Assembly (NCBI GenBank): GCA_018304425.1
Contig: JAGVWE010000005.1
Location: 128,001 to 192,000 of the forward strand
DNA: 64,000 nucleotides
Origin: Candidatus Iainarchaeum sp.
GTDB taxonomy: Archaea; Iainarchaeota; Iainarchaeia; Iainarchaeales; UBA10219
Direction of reading: 5' to 3'
Under the pieces are notes generated by a model. The model saw nothing but the letters and a program-made list of their open reading frames with translations, was not told the origin of the DNA and ran no database searches. Shown one piece after another: positions 36,793-46,683 of the stretch (positions are counted from its first letter, which is position 1; every line of letters starts with the position of its first letter). Made by a program: the position numbers and the translations under genes.

Positions 36793-37911
36793 ATGGCTGG
36801 CCTGAAACTGGGAAGCGTTTTCGGCATTGGCGTCGAACTGCACCCCACCTTCGTGTGGCTGTTTGCAGCGCTCGCCGTGTTCCTGCTGGTCTTTGACGCC
36901 GCGAGTTTCGTGCCCAGCATGGTCATGCTGGTCTTCCTCTTCGTCAGCGTGTTCGTCCACGAGTTGTTCCACTCCCTGGTCGCCTTGTCCAAGCACGTGC
37001 GCGTGGAAAAAATCGTGTTGCTGCCGATTGGCGGCATCTCCATGGCCGAGGAAATGCCTGAAAAGCCGTTGGACGAGTTCCTGGTGGCCATCGCCGGGCC
37101 GTTGTTCAATTTCCTGGTCGTGTTCCTCATCCTCTTCCTGGTAGCAGTGGTGCCCGGCCTGCCGTGGCCGCACGCGTTGTTCTCCGGCCAAGCCGATTAC
37201 GCCCTGGTCGAGGAAGCCATGCTGGCCTATCCCCTCTTCGCCTTGCTGTGGGTGAACCTGATGCTGGGCGCGTTCAATCTCTTCGTGCCCGCGCTGCCCA
37301 TGGACGGGGGAAGGGTGTTGCGCGCGCTCCTCTCCATGGTCATGGGCCACGCCAAGGCCACCGCGCTTGCCTCCAAGATTAGCCTGGGCTTTGCTTTCCT
37401 GATGGCGTTGCTGGGCTTGCTGGGCGGCAGCCTCATGCTGGTCGTCATCGCGGTGTTCCTCTACTTTGGCGCCACCTATGAACGCGACCTCACGGCCATG
37501 AAGGAAACCATTCGCGGCGCGGACTACGGGAAAATCGTGTCGAAAAAGTTTTCCGCCGTGGACGAGGGCATGCGGTTCGAGGACGCGCTCAAGGCCATGG
37601 CCGAAAAAAACACGGGCCTGCTCCTCGTGAAAGGCGGCACGGGCATTGGCTACCTCTCGACCGATGACTTGCTGGCCGTGGAGAAATCCAAGCGCCTGGG
37701 CGCCTTGACCGTTGGCCAACTGGCAAAGCGGCTGCCGGTCTTCGAAGCCGGAACCCCGGCCGAGAAGCTCATGGGCTTCTTCGCCTCCAAGGGCGTGCCC
37801 GTGGTCGGCATTTCCAGGGGCAAAAAGCTGTCCGGCCTCCTCTTCCAAGCCGATTTGGACGCCCTCTACCAATTGACAAAGTTGAAAAAGAAGTTCGATT
37901 TACAGTATTGA
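36793..37911 (+). CDS. Site-2 protease (M50) with CBS domains
   Basis: HELFH, IAGP, FNL.PALPMDGGR, C-terminal CBS pair. Confidence 0.93.
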   Translation: MAGLKLGSVFGIGVELHPTFVWLFAALAVFLLVFDAASFVPSMVMLVFLFVSVFVHELFHSLVALSKHVRVEKIVLLPIGGISMAEEMPEKPLDEFLVAIAGPLFNFLVVFLILFLVAVVPGLPWPHALFSGQADYALVEEAMLAYPLFALLWVNLMLGAFNLFVPALPMDGGRVLRALLSMVMGHAKATALASKISLGFAFLMALLGLLGGSLMLVVIAVFLYFGATYERDLTAMKETIRGADYGKIVSKKFSAVDEGMRFEDALKAMAEKNTGLLLVKGGTGIGYLSTDDLLAVEKSKRLGALTVGQLAKRLPVFEAGTPAEKLMGFFASKGVPVVGISRGKKLSGLLFQADLDALYQLTKLKKKFDLQY

Positions 37912-37983
37912 CGGCGACGGCCGGTGAAAGCTGGCCTTTTCCCCGGAGCAAGAGCGAAGGGGCAGGAAGCGTGGTTGGCGGCA

Positions 37984-38043
37984 TATTTATGTCCCGCCGC
38001 AGGCGGGACGACGTATGCGGTGCCGGCTGACGCCTCGTCAGCC
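37984..38043 (+). repeat. Family B element, copy abutting the 5' end of tRNA-Ser(CGA)
   Basis: TATTTAT-GTCCCGCC-GCA-GGCGGGAC-GACGTATGCGGTG-CC-GGCTGACG-CCT-CGTCAGCC, 60 nt. Confidence 0.92.
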
Positions 38044-38128
38044 GCGGAGATGGCGGAATCTGGTAAACGCACTCGCCTCGAGAGCGAGAGCCCGCAAGGG
38101 CGCGTGGGTTCAAATCCCACTCTCCGCG
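38044..38128 (+). tRNA. tRNA-Ser(CGA)
   Basis: GCGGAGA/TCTCCGC acceptor stem; CTCGC-CT-CGA-GA-GCGAG; long variable arm GCCC-GCAA-GGGC. Confidence 0.96.
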
Positions 38129-38185
38129 CTTTTTCCTGCCTTTGGCTGGAAACAATTAAATAGTTTGAGAGGCATAGGTAAATAC

Positions 38186-38410
38186 ATGCGGCAAAAGACT
38201 AGAGCCTTTACGGCTGTTGTGGTAAAGGAAGACGACCTGTTTGTTGCCGAGTGTCCCGAGGTTGGCACGGCCAGCCAAGGGCACACGATTGCGGAAGCAG
38301 TCAAGAACCTGAAGCTGGCCACCGAACTCTATCTGGAGGAATTTCCCGAAAAGGGGAAAGCTCACTCCGTGCTGACGAAGTTCGAGGTGGCCGCGGTTGC
38401 CAAGACTTAA
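38186..38410 (+). CDS. hicB: HicB-family antitoxin
   Basis: FVAECPEVGTASQGHTIAEAVKNLKLATELYLE. Confidence 0.9.
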   Translation: MRQKTRAFTAVVVKEDDLFVAECPEVGTASQGHTIAEAVKNLKLATELYLEEFPEKGKAHSVLTKFEVAAVAKT

Positions 38411-38627
38411 ACCTGTTTCTGGCTTCGAGTGCCTGAAGATTTTGTGCAACAAGTTTGGCTTTGGCGTCGCGCGACAGAGCGGTGACCACGTCGTGCTCAA
38501 AAAGGAGACGCCTCAAGGCAGAATCGGCACGGTCATCCCCCTGCATCGCGAACTCAAAAGGAGAACCCTCCGGCGGGCATTGCAACTCGCCAAAGTCACG
38601 GAAGAGGAATTTGCGAAATATCTCTGA
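38397..38627 (+). CDS. hicA: HicA-family toxin
   Basis: GF.VARQSGDHVVL...VIPLH.ELK..TL. Confidence 0.9.
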   Translation: MPRLKPVSGFECLKILCNKFGFGVARQSGDHVVLKKETPQGRIGTVIPLHRELKRRTLRRALQLAKVTEEEFAKYL

Positions 38628-38668
38628 AGTCCGCTGCCGTTAACCATTTAACCCCTTCCGGCTTTGGG

Positions 38669-40090
38669 TTGGACATGAAGTATGCCCGTGAGCTCTTGAT
38701 GGTCTTGTTGATGGGGGCCGTGCTCCGGTTTGCGCCCGTGCTGTTCTACGGCGTGCCCTTGAGCTATGATGCTCCCTTTCATTTGACGCGGGCCTGGGAA
38801 ACCATTTACTCGGGTTCCCTGAACCGAGCCGAATTCTATCCCCCCCTGTACCGCCTGCTGTTGGCCGGCATCCAGATGGCCACCGGCTTTGACCTGGTGT
38901 GGGTGGGCGCGGTGCTGTTGCCCTTGTTTTCCACGCTCACGGTTTTGAGCGTGTTCGCCTTCGTGCGCGCCCTGGCTGGCCCGAGAATGGCCTTACTGGC
39001 CTCGCTCCTGATTGCATGGGGCGCGCCCCTCCTCGCGGCCGCCTACGACAGCCCCGAAAACATCGTCCTCTTCCTCCTGCCCGCCGGCTTCCTCCTCTAC
39101 CGGCACGACCGAAAGGCACTAGCCCCCCTCGTGATTGCCTCGGCCATCCTCTGGAACCAGTTGGCGGCCCTCGTCGTGGTGGCGTCCTTTACCGCCGCCT
39201 ACTACCGGCACTGGCGCAGCATGCGCCACTTCGCCGTGGCCGCCCTGGCCTTCCTCGGCGTATACCTTTTCTCCGTGGACTGGAAGCTGGTCGCCGGGCA
39301 AAGCATTTCCGCTGGCATGGCCTTCATCCAATTCAACCTACGCGAGGCTTTGCCGGTCATGGCCCTGGCCTCCCTGGCCTTCGCGGTGCCCCTCCTCTAC
39401 GCGTGCCAGGCCAAGCGCGCCATCGCGGGCTGGACGCGGTTCTGGTTCTACTGGTTCACGCTTTCAACCCTGGGCGTGGCCTCCTACGCCGCCAGCACCT
39501 TCCTCCGCCCCTGGGAGCACGTGAAGTTCCTGTTCTATTCGGGCGCAGTGCTGCTCTCCCTGGTGCGGGGCGAGCAGAAGTTCAGGGCCTTCGCCTACAT
39601 CTTGACGGCCTTCCTCTTCCTTTCCGCGGTCATCGTTTCCTTTCAACTGGTCTACCCCAAGATGCAGCAACACGACTTTCCCGCCATCGAGTTCCTGGAA
39701 TTCCGGGCCCGGCAAAACCAGGGCCTCATTTTGGCCGAGCCCAGCCTCAGCCAATGGATTGCGTTTGCCACGGGCCTCGACGACCGGCTGCTGACTTCCC
39801 TCCACTTCGAGGCCGCCAAGACAGGCAGCCGCTTCCAAGAGGGCCTGGGCTTCCTGCAATCCCAGGGAACCGGCTCTGAACGCTCCCTGCAGGAACTGGG
39901 CGTGAAGTACGTGGTGCTGAACTTCGAAGACGAAAGACTGCGGGGCGTGAACGGCATCGAGTCCAAGCCCTACCTCAACAAAGTGTATTCCGTGGAATAC
40001 TTTTCGGGCTGCCCCTTTGGCTTCCTGCCCAGGCTATGGGGCCTGGCCTGCGGTTGGAACCAGGCGGAAGTCCTGGAAACCAGGGAGTGA
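38669..40090 (+). CDS. Polytopic membrane protein, GT-C/glycosyltransferase-like
   Basis: YDAPFH and FYPPLY N-terminal motifs; many TM helices; soluble C-terminal domain (GVKYVVL). Confidence 0.65.
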   Translation: MDMKYARELLMVLLMGAVLRFAPVLFYGVPLSYDAPFHLTRAWETIYSGSLNRAEFYPPLYRLLLAGIQMATGFDLVWVGAVLLPLFSTLTVLSVFAFVRALAGPRMALLASLLIAWGAPLLAAAYDSPENIVLFLLPAGFLLYRHDRKALAPLVIASAILWNQLAALVVVASFTAAYYRHWRSMRHFAVAALAFLGVYLFSVDWKLVAGQSISAGMAFIQFNLREALPVMALASLAFAVPLLYACQAKRAIAGWTRFWFYWFTLSTLGVASYAASTFLRPWEHVKFLFYSGAVLLSLVRGEQKFRAFAYILTAFLFLSAVIVSFQLVYPKMQQHDFPAIEFLEFRARQNQGLILAEPSLSQWIAFATGLDDRLLTSLHFEAAKTGSRFQEGLGFLQSQGTGSERSLQELGVKYVVLNFEDERLRGVNGIESKPYLNKVYSVEYFSGCPFGFLPRLWGLACGWNQAEVLETRE

Positions 40091-40096
40091 AAGGAA

Positions 40097-41272
40097 ATGA
40101 CGGAACCCTTCGCGGAACGCGTGTCAAAAGCGGAAGCCAACCCCATCTTCGAAGTAATCAAGAAAGCCAGGGACTTGAAGGCGCAAGGCAAACCCGTGCT
40201 CCGCTTCGACGTCGGCGAAACCGATTTTCCCACTCCTGAAAACGTGAAGGCCGCGGCCAAGAAGGCGCTCGACGAGAACTTCACGTATTACACGCCGGCC
40301 GAGGGCATCAAGGAATTGCGGCAGGCGATTGCGGAAAAACTGGGAAAGGCGAATGACATCCCGGCTTCCTGGGAAGAAGTCATGGCCACGGTCGGCGGCA
40401 AGCAGGCCCTCTTCAACGCCACTCAGGCCCTGCTCCAGGAAGGCGACGAATGCGTGCTGGGCCTGCCTTACTGGGTTTCGCACCTCGAGCAAATCAAGCT
40501 GGCCTCCGCCACCCCAGTCCTCGTGCAAACCGACGAGCGATTCAAGTTGCGCGCGGAGGACATGGAGGAGGCGTTGACACCGCGCACCAAGATGGTGATT
40601 CTCTCCAGCCCCTCCAATCCAACCGGAGCCGTGATGGACGAAAAGGACTTGAAGCGGGTGGCGGCGCTCGCGGTCGAAAGAAATTTCTGGCTGGTCTCCG
40701 ACGAAGTGTACGAGCCCTTCGTGTTCGACGGGAAAAAGCATTTCTCGCCTGCCTCGTTCGGCGCCGAGGTGCGCGCGCACACGATTACCGTGAACGCGTT
40801 CTCGAAGACCTATGCCATGACCGGCTGGAGGCTGGGCTATGCCCATGCCCCCAAAGAAGTCATCAAGCGGATGGCGTACGTGCAAGGCCATTCAACCAGT
40901 CACCCGGACAGCCTGGCTCAAAAGGCCGGCCTCGAAGCCCTGCGCGGGCCCCAGGACTCGGTCAAGGAAATGGTGCGCGTCTTCGAGGAACGACGGAACG
41001 CCTTGGTGGCCAGGCTCAAGAAGCTCCCTGGCTTCAAGGTCGTGAACCCCGAAGGGGCTTTCTACGCCTTCCCCGACGTGCGCGGCTGCTTCGGCGGAAA
41101 AGTGCGTTCAGGGCTTGAACTGGCCAATTACCTGGTGGACCAGGCCCTGGTCACGGTGGTGCCAGGCGAGGCCTGCGGCAGCAAGAACCACGTGCGCTTG
41201 TGCTATGCCACGCCCGTTTCCGTCATCCACGAGGCCATGGACCGGGTTGAAAAGGCGTTGAAGGAACTGTGA
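40097..41272 (+). CDS. aspC: Aspartate aminotransferase (PLP class I/II)
   Basis: GETDF, PSNPTG, SDEVY, FSKTYAMTGWRLG, PEGAFY. Confidence 0.93.
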   Translation: MTEPFAERVSKAEANPIFEVIKKARDLKAQGKPVLRFDVGETDFPTPENVKAAAKKALDENFTYYTPAEGIKELRQAIAEKLGKANDIPASWEEVMATVGGKQALFNATQALLQEGDECVLGLPYWVSHLEQIKLASATPVLVQTDERFKLRAEDMEEALTPRTKMVILSSPSNPTGAVMDEKDLKRVAALAVERNFWLVSDEVYEPFVFDGKKHFSPASFGAEVRAHTITVNAFSKTYAMTGWRLGYAHAPKEVIKRMAYVQGHSTSHPDSLAQKAGLEALRGPQDSVKEMVRVFEERRNALVARLKKLPGFKVVNPEGAFYAFPDVRGCFGGKVRSGLELANYLVDQALVTVVPGEACGSKNHVRLCYATPVSVIHEAMDRVEKALKEL

Positions 41273-41290
41273 ACCCGTTTCCGGTGCCAA

Positions 41291-42214
41291 TCAGATGCCT
41301 GTTTCCTTGACGGCTTTCCGGGTTTCCTCTGCTGACTTGCGGAGCAAGGCCAGCTCTTCGCTGGATAACTTTAATTCGGTGATTTTTTCAAGGCCTTTTT
41401 TGCCTAAAACGCAGGGAACCCCGACAAACACGCCGTGCAAACCGTATTCTCCTTCGAGGTAGGCCGAACAGGGGAGGGTTTTCTTTTTGTTTTTCACGAT
41501 GGCTTCCACCATTTCCGTGATGGCTGCCGCGGGAGCGAAAAAAGCCGAGCCCGTTTTTAGGTGAGCCACGATTTCGGCTCCGGCCTGCTGGGTGTGTTCA
41601 ATGATTTCAGCCAGCTTCCGCTTGGACAAGAGTTTTTCAACGGGTTTCCCTCCAACCCTTGTATGCCGGGTCAAGGGCACCATGTTGTCGCCGTGGCTGC
41701 CCAACACCGTCGAGTAAACGTGTTTGGCGGGAATGCCCAGCTCTTTGCCGATAAAGTAACTCATCCGGGAGGAGTCCAGCAATCCGGACATGCCGATGAG
41801 CCTCTGCCTTGGAAAGCCCAGCGCCTTTTTTGCCACCATGCACAGGACGTCCAAGGGGTTGGTCACCACGATGACGATGCAGTTCTTGGCAGCGGATTTT
41901 TTGATGTGCCTGCATACTTCTTCGACGATCCGCTTGTTGGTGTTCAGCAGGTCCAGCCTCGACATGCCGGGCTTCCTCGGCACACCGGCTGTAATGACGG
42001 CGATTTCCGCGCCGGCCATGCATCGGAAGTCATTGCAGCCGAGAACGGAGTGCTCGAAACCCAGCAGGGGCGAGGCCTCCATCAAGTCCAGGGCATGCCC
42101 TTGCGGCAGGCCCTCCACCAGGTCAACGAGAATGATGTCTCCCAGGTTCTTGAATGCCATCAGGAAGGCGGCCGTGGAACCGACCTTTCCCGCCCCAATA
42201 ATGGCTATCTTCAA
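41291..42214 (-). CDS. mdh: Malate dehydrogenase (LDH-like)
   Basis: GAGKVG, TAGVPRKPGMSRLDL, VTNPLD, GSHGD, LKTGSAFFAP. Confidence 0.95.
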   Translation of the reverse strand: MKIAIIGAGKVGSTAAFLMAFKNLGDIILVDLVEGLPQGHALDLMEASPLLGFEHSVLGCNDFRCMAGAEIAVITAGVPRKPGMSRLDLLNTNKRIVEEVCRHIKKSAAKNCIVIVVTNPLDVLCMVAKKALGFPRQRLIGMSGLLDSSRMSYFIGKELGIPAKHVYSTVLGSHGDNMVPLTRHTRVGGKPVEKLLSKRKLAEIIEHTQQAGAEIVAHLKTGSAFFAPAAAITEMVEAIVKNKKKTLPCSAYLEGEYGLHGVFVGVPCVLGKKGLEKITELKLSSEELALLRKSAEETRKAVKETGI

Positions 42215-42232
42215 GCAAAACCCTCAAGCAAT

Positions 42233-43432
42233 TCATTTACTGTGCCCTAATAGGGTTTTTAATTGTGAGAGGTGCCTGGACCGGGCGAGCACCGCGTAGT
42301 TGGCCACCAGCCTTCGCTTGATGTCGGCCAGGGTCTCCGGCAAGTCGAAGGCTGGCTTTCTCCGCTTTTCCTCTGCTTCGATGATTTCGTTTATTTTTTT
42401 GAGGATGGCCTTGTTGTCGGGCTGGATGTTGGCCGCGTCCAGGGCCTGCCGGTAAAAGTCGAGGTTGCGGAAGAAGAGCGAGAGGTTTTCCCTGGAGGCA
42501 TGCTCGTACAATTCGCCGAAGCCCAGGTTTTGGGCGAGCAGGCCGTTGAAATAGCGTTCGAAGAAGTCGGGTTTGGTGAAGACGTAGACGGGTTTCTTGA
42601 AGACCACGATTTCGTAGAGAATCGAGGTCCCCCCGTGGCATAGCACGGCCTGCGCGGACAGCAGGTCTTTGGCGAATCCTTTTTCGGAGAACACCTTGAA
42701 CTGCAGGTTGCGGTCCTTGCGTGCAACGTTTTTTCCGTAGACGATGAATTTCTTGTCCGGGAAGAGGGGCAGGAGTTTAAGCACGGGGTCAATCTGCTCA
42801 TCCGAGCCGTACACGAGCACGTGCTTTCCTTCGACAGGGGGGACAGCGGCCAGCAGGCTCTCGCGGACGATGGGGTGGAAGAAGTGGACGTTTTTCTCCC
42901 TGGGCTCGGGCTTGATGAGCGAGGGGATGATGAAGTACTTGGAGGCGATGAAGGCGTTGAGCACCGGTTTTTCCGTCAAATAGTATTCCACCATCTGGTT
43001 GAATTTTAGGTGGGGTTTCACGTAGTTCATGAGGTGCATGTTGGAAATCGTGATGACCGGGATGCGGAACAAGTGCCCGACGTAGAGGCCGTTGACGTCG
43101 AAGTCCGAGATGATGAGGTCGGGCTTGAAGTCGCGCACCAGCTGCACCATTTTCTGGAAGTTGGTGGCAGCAACCCTCGGCAGGAGGGGCAGGCTCTGGA
43201 AGAACGTGCGGGCCTTGAGGTATTGGCTGCCCTTGAAGACCAGTTCAAACCAGTGGAGTTTGGCCCCATTGCGGGCCATTTCCTCCCTGAACTCGCGGCC
43301 GAGGTATTCATACCCCGAACCGTAGCTGGCGATGAAGACCTGGTGGCGCTTGAAGAGGCTTCGGATGAGCACCGAGCTCCGGGTCGCGTGGCCGAGGCCG
43401 AGGCCGCAGACCGTGAAGAGGATGCGGGCCAT
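42233..43432 (-). CDS. GT-B glycosyltransferase, MJ1255-like
   Basis: CGLGLGHATR, PDLIISDFD, CHGG. Confidence 0.85.
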   Translation of the reverse strand: MARILFTVCGLGLGHATRSSVLIRSLFKRHQVFIASYGSGYEYLGREFREEMARNGAKLHWFELVFKGSQYLKARTFFQSLPLLPRVAATNFQKMVQLVRDFKPDLIISDFDVNGLYVGHLFRIPVITISNMHLMNYVKPHLKFNQMVEYYLTEKPVLNAFIASKYFIIPSLIKPEPREKNVHFFHPIVRESLLAAVPPVEGKHVLVYGSDEQIDPVLKLLPLFPDKKFIVYGKNVARKDRNLQFKVFSEKGFAKDLLSAQAVLCHGGTSILYEIVVFKKPVYVFTKPDFFERYFNGLLAQNLGFGELYEHASRENLSLFFRNLDFYRQALDAANIQPDNKAILKKINEIIEAEEKRRKPAFDLPETLADIKRRLVANYAVLARSRHLSQLKTLLGHSK

Positions 43433-43433
43433 T

Positions 43434-44258
43434 TCATTCCCCCAGCAGGCCGTTCAGCTTCGAAAAGGGGCCGATGAATTCCAGGCCGTTGACGTCCAGC
43501 AAGGCCTTGATCCCGGGAAAGTAGAAGCTGAGCCAGAGCTTCTTCCCCTCCCTTGCGTGGGTGGAAAGCAGGGACACGAGGCCCGGCATTTCCTTGAGTT
43601 CCACGAGGAGGTTGTTGGCCTTCGGCTTTGAGGCCGTGACGGTGGACAGTTGTTCCAGGAGCAGGGCGTCATCCGATTCAACGGTTATTTTTTCCGCGTT
43701 CAACTTGTTGGCGGCCTCGACCAGCAGGCCCAACGTCACCGGGTTGAGGTCCATCCGCCTGGAATCGTTGAAGTCAAAGGCCTTTAAGGCATTGATTTGC
43801 TCGGAAAACACTTTGGAGACCTTGCTGAGCTGCTCGACCTGGGTGAGGATGCGCTGGTTGATGCGGGCGAGTTCCGAGACCGTGAACTCCGTGGAGCCCT
43901 TGGCTGCCTTCAACAGGTCGGCATCCGTCTTCGAGCGCTCGATGAGGGCGTGCAGCAGTTCGACGATGGGGTTGATGCCCAGGTGCGGGTTCTTGGCGCG
44001 CACCAACTGGTTCAAGCGGATGAGGAGCTTGGACTTCATCTCGGAACTGATTTCCGTGGACGCCTTGTCGGTGATGAAGAGATTGCTGCCCTGCTTGGTG
44101 ACCAAGCCGAAGGCGCGGAGGTCTTTGAGGGTGCGGGACAAGGCTGCGCGCGCGGAGTTCAGCGTGGAATAGTTGGCCGCGATTTTGTTGAGCAGGGCAT
44201 GGTATTCCATGCCCTGGTTCTGCTTGATGATTAACAGGACGGCGTTGCGCGCAGTCAT
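43434..44258 (-). CDS. Hypothetical protein with N-terminal winged helix
   Basis: ALSRTLKDLRAFGLVTKQGSNLFITDKA wHTH-like pattern. Confidence 0.6.
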   Translation of the reverse strand: MTARNAVLLIIKQNQGMEYHALLNKIAANYSTLNSARAALSRTLKDLRAFGLVTKQGSNLFITDKASTEISSEMKSKLLIRLNQLVRAKNPHLGINPIVELLHALIERSKTDADLLKAAKGSTEFTVSELARINQRILTQVEQLSKVSKVFSEQINALKAFDFNDSRRMDLNPVTLGLLVEAANKLNAEKITVESDDALLLEQLSTVTASKPKANNLLVELKEMPGLVSLLSTHAREGKKLWLSFYFPGIKALLDVNGLEFIGPFSKLNGLLGE

Positions 44259-44339
44259 GTTAAGGCAGAAAGAGTTAACTGGTTAAAAAGGAGACGGACG
44301 GCTGTTAAGCGACCTGCCCTCTTCGAGGACGCGCGGCCT

Positions 44340-44624
44340 TTAGGCCGCTTGGAGTTCGACTTTCTTCATCCGCTTGGGGATGACGCGGTAGTGCTTGCGG
44401 CCGCACGCCGAGCATTCGGCGACGAAGGCCGGCTTCTTGGTTTGTTTTTTGACGATCGCCGTGAACTCGGCTTTTCCGCCATAGCCTTTCTTGTGCTTGC
44501 GGACGTTCTGCCGCACGCCCCAGGCCATGGCCCGCGCCGTGCCAGCCTTGAAGAGTTTGAGCTTGTGCGGGGTGTGCGCATTGCACTTGGGACAATAGTC
44601 CTTGACTTCCTTGGGAACGTTCAT
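44340..44624 (-). CDS. rpl44e: 50S ribosomal protein L44e
   Basis: YCPKCNAHTPH, GYGG, KQTKK, ECSAC. Confidence 0.96.
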   Translation of the reverse strand: MNVPKEVKDYCPKCNAHTPHKLKLFKAGTARAMAWGVRQNVRKHKKGYGGKAEFTAIVKKQTKKPAFVAECSACGRKHYRVIPKRMKKVELQAA

Positions 44625-44831
44625 GCAAACCACGAAAAAGCCGCTAAAAACAGCTTCAATTGACTCCATTGTCCTGGCAAGGGTTTAAAACCGTTGCGGT
44701 AAAGCCGGCCAGGAAAACACGGGTTTTGCCCAAACCAACCAAAATAATAATTTTTCGTCAATAGACGTAATACATGCGCGGGCTTTCGATTACCGTCAAA
44801 CGGCCAAGCAGGCTTTTATTCTAGAGCGTCT

Positions 44832-45056
44832 ATGGTGCTGGAAGCAGAAGTCAAGCTCAAAAAGTGGGGGAGTTCCATTGGAATGGTCCTGCCGAAGAAG
44901 GCCGTGGAAAAGGAGGGGCTCAAGGAGGGCGAGACCGTACGGGTGATGATCTTCAAGAAGAGAAACCCGTGGATTGAAAGCTTCGGCACCATGAAATTCT
45001 CCAAATCAACCGAGGAAATACTCAAAGAAGTGGATGAAGAGGGATGGGATGAGTGA
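44832..45056 (+). CDS. vapB: AbrB/MazE-type antitoxin (VapB)
   Basis: KLKKWGSSIGMVLPK...GLKEGETV. Confidence 0.9.
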   Translation: MVLEAEVKLKKWGSSIGMVLPKKAVEKEGLKEGETVRVMIFKKRNPWIESFGTMKFSKSTEEILKEVDEEGWDE

Positions 45057-45411
45057 AGGCCGGTATTTCTATGACACGAACGCCATTTGCGAGATACTCA
45101 AGGGAAACCCGGCCTATAAGGAGCGTTCGAAAGCCGGTGGTTCGACCACCCTTTTCAATCTCGCTGAATTGAATTATTCGTTAAAACGCCAGGGCAAGGA
45201 GCGAGCTGACGAACAAACAACGGACTATGCTTCCTGTCTCGTCGATGTCACGGTTGCCGATGTCTTAGAAGCCATGAGCCTCCGCGTCATGCGCCGCGCG
45301 TTTTCCGTCCCGGATGCCATCGGCTACGTGGTCGCCAAGCGGTTAGGCCTCAAGTTCCTCACCGGCGACAAGGAATTCCAGGGCATGGACAACGTGGAAT
45401 TCGTCAAGTGA
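45049..45411 (+). CDS. vapC: PIN-domain toxin (VapC)
   Basis: YDTNA, LAE, SVPDAIGY, LTGDKEF. Confidence 0.9.
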   Translation: MSEGRYFYDTNAICEILKGNPAYKERSKAGGSTTLFNLAELNYSLKRQGKERADEQTTDYASCLVDVTVADVLEAMSLRVMRRAFSVPDAIGYVVAKRLGLKFLTGDKEFQGMDNVEFVK

Positions 45412-45444
45412 AGCCTTAAATACAAGTTGAGACACGGTTTTTTC

Positions 45445-45735
45445 ATGGCATACAAACTGCCTGGCAAACCCTGGGGCCACGCCCCCTGGAAGCAGCGCAA
45501 GAACCAGGGCATGGAAGGCCGGCGAGTACGCAAGTTGGAGGACAACGAAGCCCGCGCCGCCAGGGATTCGGCGGAAAGGCGGAGGGCCCAGCAGAGCCTC
45601 CTCCACGGGCTGTCGCCCGAGCATAAACGCGCGCTCCTCGCCGAATTGTTTGCGAACGGCCTCAAGCCCAGGGACCAGCGCAGGCCCCAAACCGAAATCG
45701 TGGCCGCCTATAAAGCAAGTCACGGGCTCCGCTAA
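45445..45735 (+). CDS. Basic ORFan
   Basis: 96 aa Arg/Lys-rich ORF after a TTAAATA box. Confidence 0.5.
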   Translation: MAYKLPGKPWGHAPWKQRKNQGMEGRRVRKLEDNEARAARDSAERRRAQQSLLHGLSPEHKRALLAELFANGLKPRDQRRPQTEIVAAYKASHGLR

Positions 45736-45777
45736 AGAAACCCTTAAATAGCCCTTTCGCCTAATGATTGCGGGGTA

Positions 45778-46572
45778 ATGGGTTTGATTGTCAGCCTGAT
45801 GGCCGGAGTTTTCGAGTTGGTGAAGCGGCCGACCGCGGTGTTGCCGGCCCTGGTGGCGGCCTTGTTCCAGACCGGGCTCTTCCTGCTGGCCTGGGAGCCC
45901 CTGTTCTCGTTGTTGTTCGAGTTGGGGCCCGGCGCAGGCATGCCGCGGGGCAGCCTCCTGGAATTGCCTTTCCTGTTGCTGGTTCGGTTCCCCAACGAAA
46001 TCTCGGTGGCCGTGCTGCTTGCCTTTTTCTCCCTGGCCGCAGGCAACTGGCTGGTGTTCTCCTACAGCTACCTGTTCCGGAAAGAAAAGCCCCTGGGAAC
46101 CCTGAAAGCCATGGCCGCTGCCTTGAAGGACTTCAAGCAAATCCTGGGCCTCACGGTTTTCCTGTTCGCGCTCGGCGTGGTGTTCCTGGCGTTCACCCTC
46201 GTCCTGGCCCTGGCCCTGAAACCGCTCGCCGAAATCGGCGCAATCCTGTTGCTGGCCTGGCTGGTGCTCGGCTACTACGCTTACCTCAAGCTGTCGTTCA
46301 CGCCCATCGCCATGCCCTTTGAAGGCGTGAAACTCAGGGAAGCCCTGAAGCGGAGCTGGCGCTTTACCCGCGGAAAAATCCCCGCCCTCCTCCTGCTCGG
46401 CATCGTGTTGTCGCTGGTTACCTCGCTTTTGTCCAACGCCGGCAGCCTGGCCTCCGACTTCGTCGAAGAAGAAACCGCCAGCTTCCTCGCCCTCGCCTTC
46501 TTCCTCGCCCTGGGAACCGCCTACGCCAACATTGTGCTCGTCAAGTACTGGCTGGTGGGGCGGGAAAAATAG
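45778..46572 (+). CDS. Polytopic membrane protein
   Basis: About 6 TM helices; EALKRSWRFTRG motif. Confidence 0.75.
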   Translation: MGLIVSLMAGVFELVKRPTAVLPALVAALFQTGLFLLAWEPLFSLLFELGPGAGMPRGSLLELPFLLLVRFPNEISVAVLLAFFSLAAGNWLVFSYSYLFRKEKPLGTLKAMAAALKDFKQILGLTVFLFALGVVFLAFTLVLALALKPLAEIGAILLLAWLVLGYYAYLKLSFTPIAMPFEGVKLREALKRSWRFTRGKIPALLLLGIVLSLVTSLLSNAGSLASDFVEEETASFLALAFFLALGTAYANIVLVKYWLVGREK

Positions 46573-46683
46573 ATGCCTGAAAAACCGGTCCCACGCAGGA
46601 AAAGCGCCTGGAAACTCATCCGCCGAGCCACTTACAAAGGGCCAGCCACGGACTGCGTGAGGGAAGTGGACACAACCCTATAA
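46573..46683 (+). CDS. Candidate 36-aa ORF or gene remnant, MPEKPVPRRKSAWKLIRR...
   Basis: ATG directly after the upstream TAG; N-terminus resembles the other ORFans. Confidence 0.3.
   Translation: MPEKPVPRRKSAWKLIRRATYKGPATDCVREVDTTL

Noticed and set aside
38129-38640. Integrated element at tRNA-Ser(CGA) carrying hicBA
   Set aside because: No integrase and no duplicated tRNA 3' end seen; best treated as a solo toxin-antitoxin pair.
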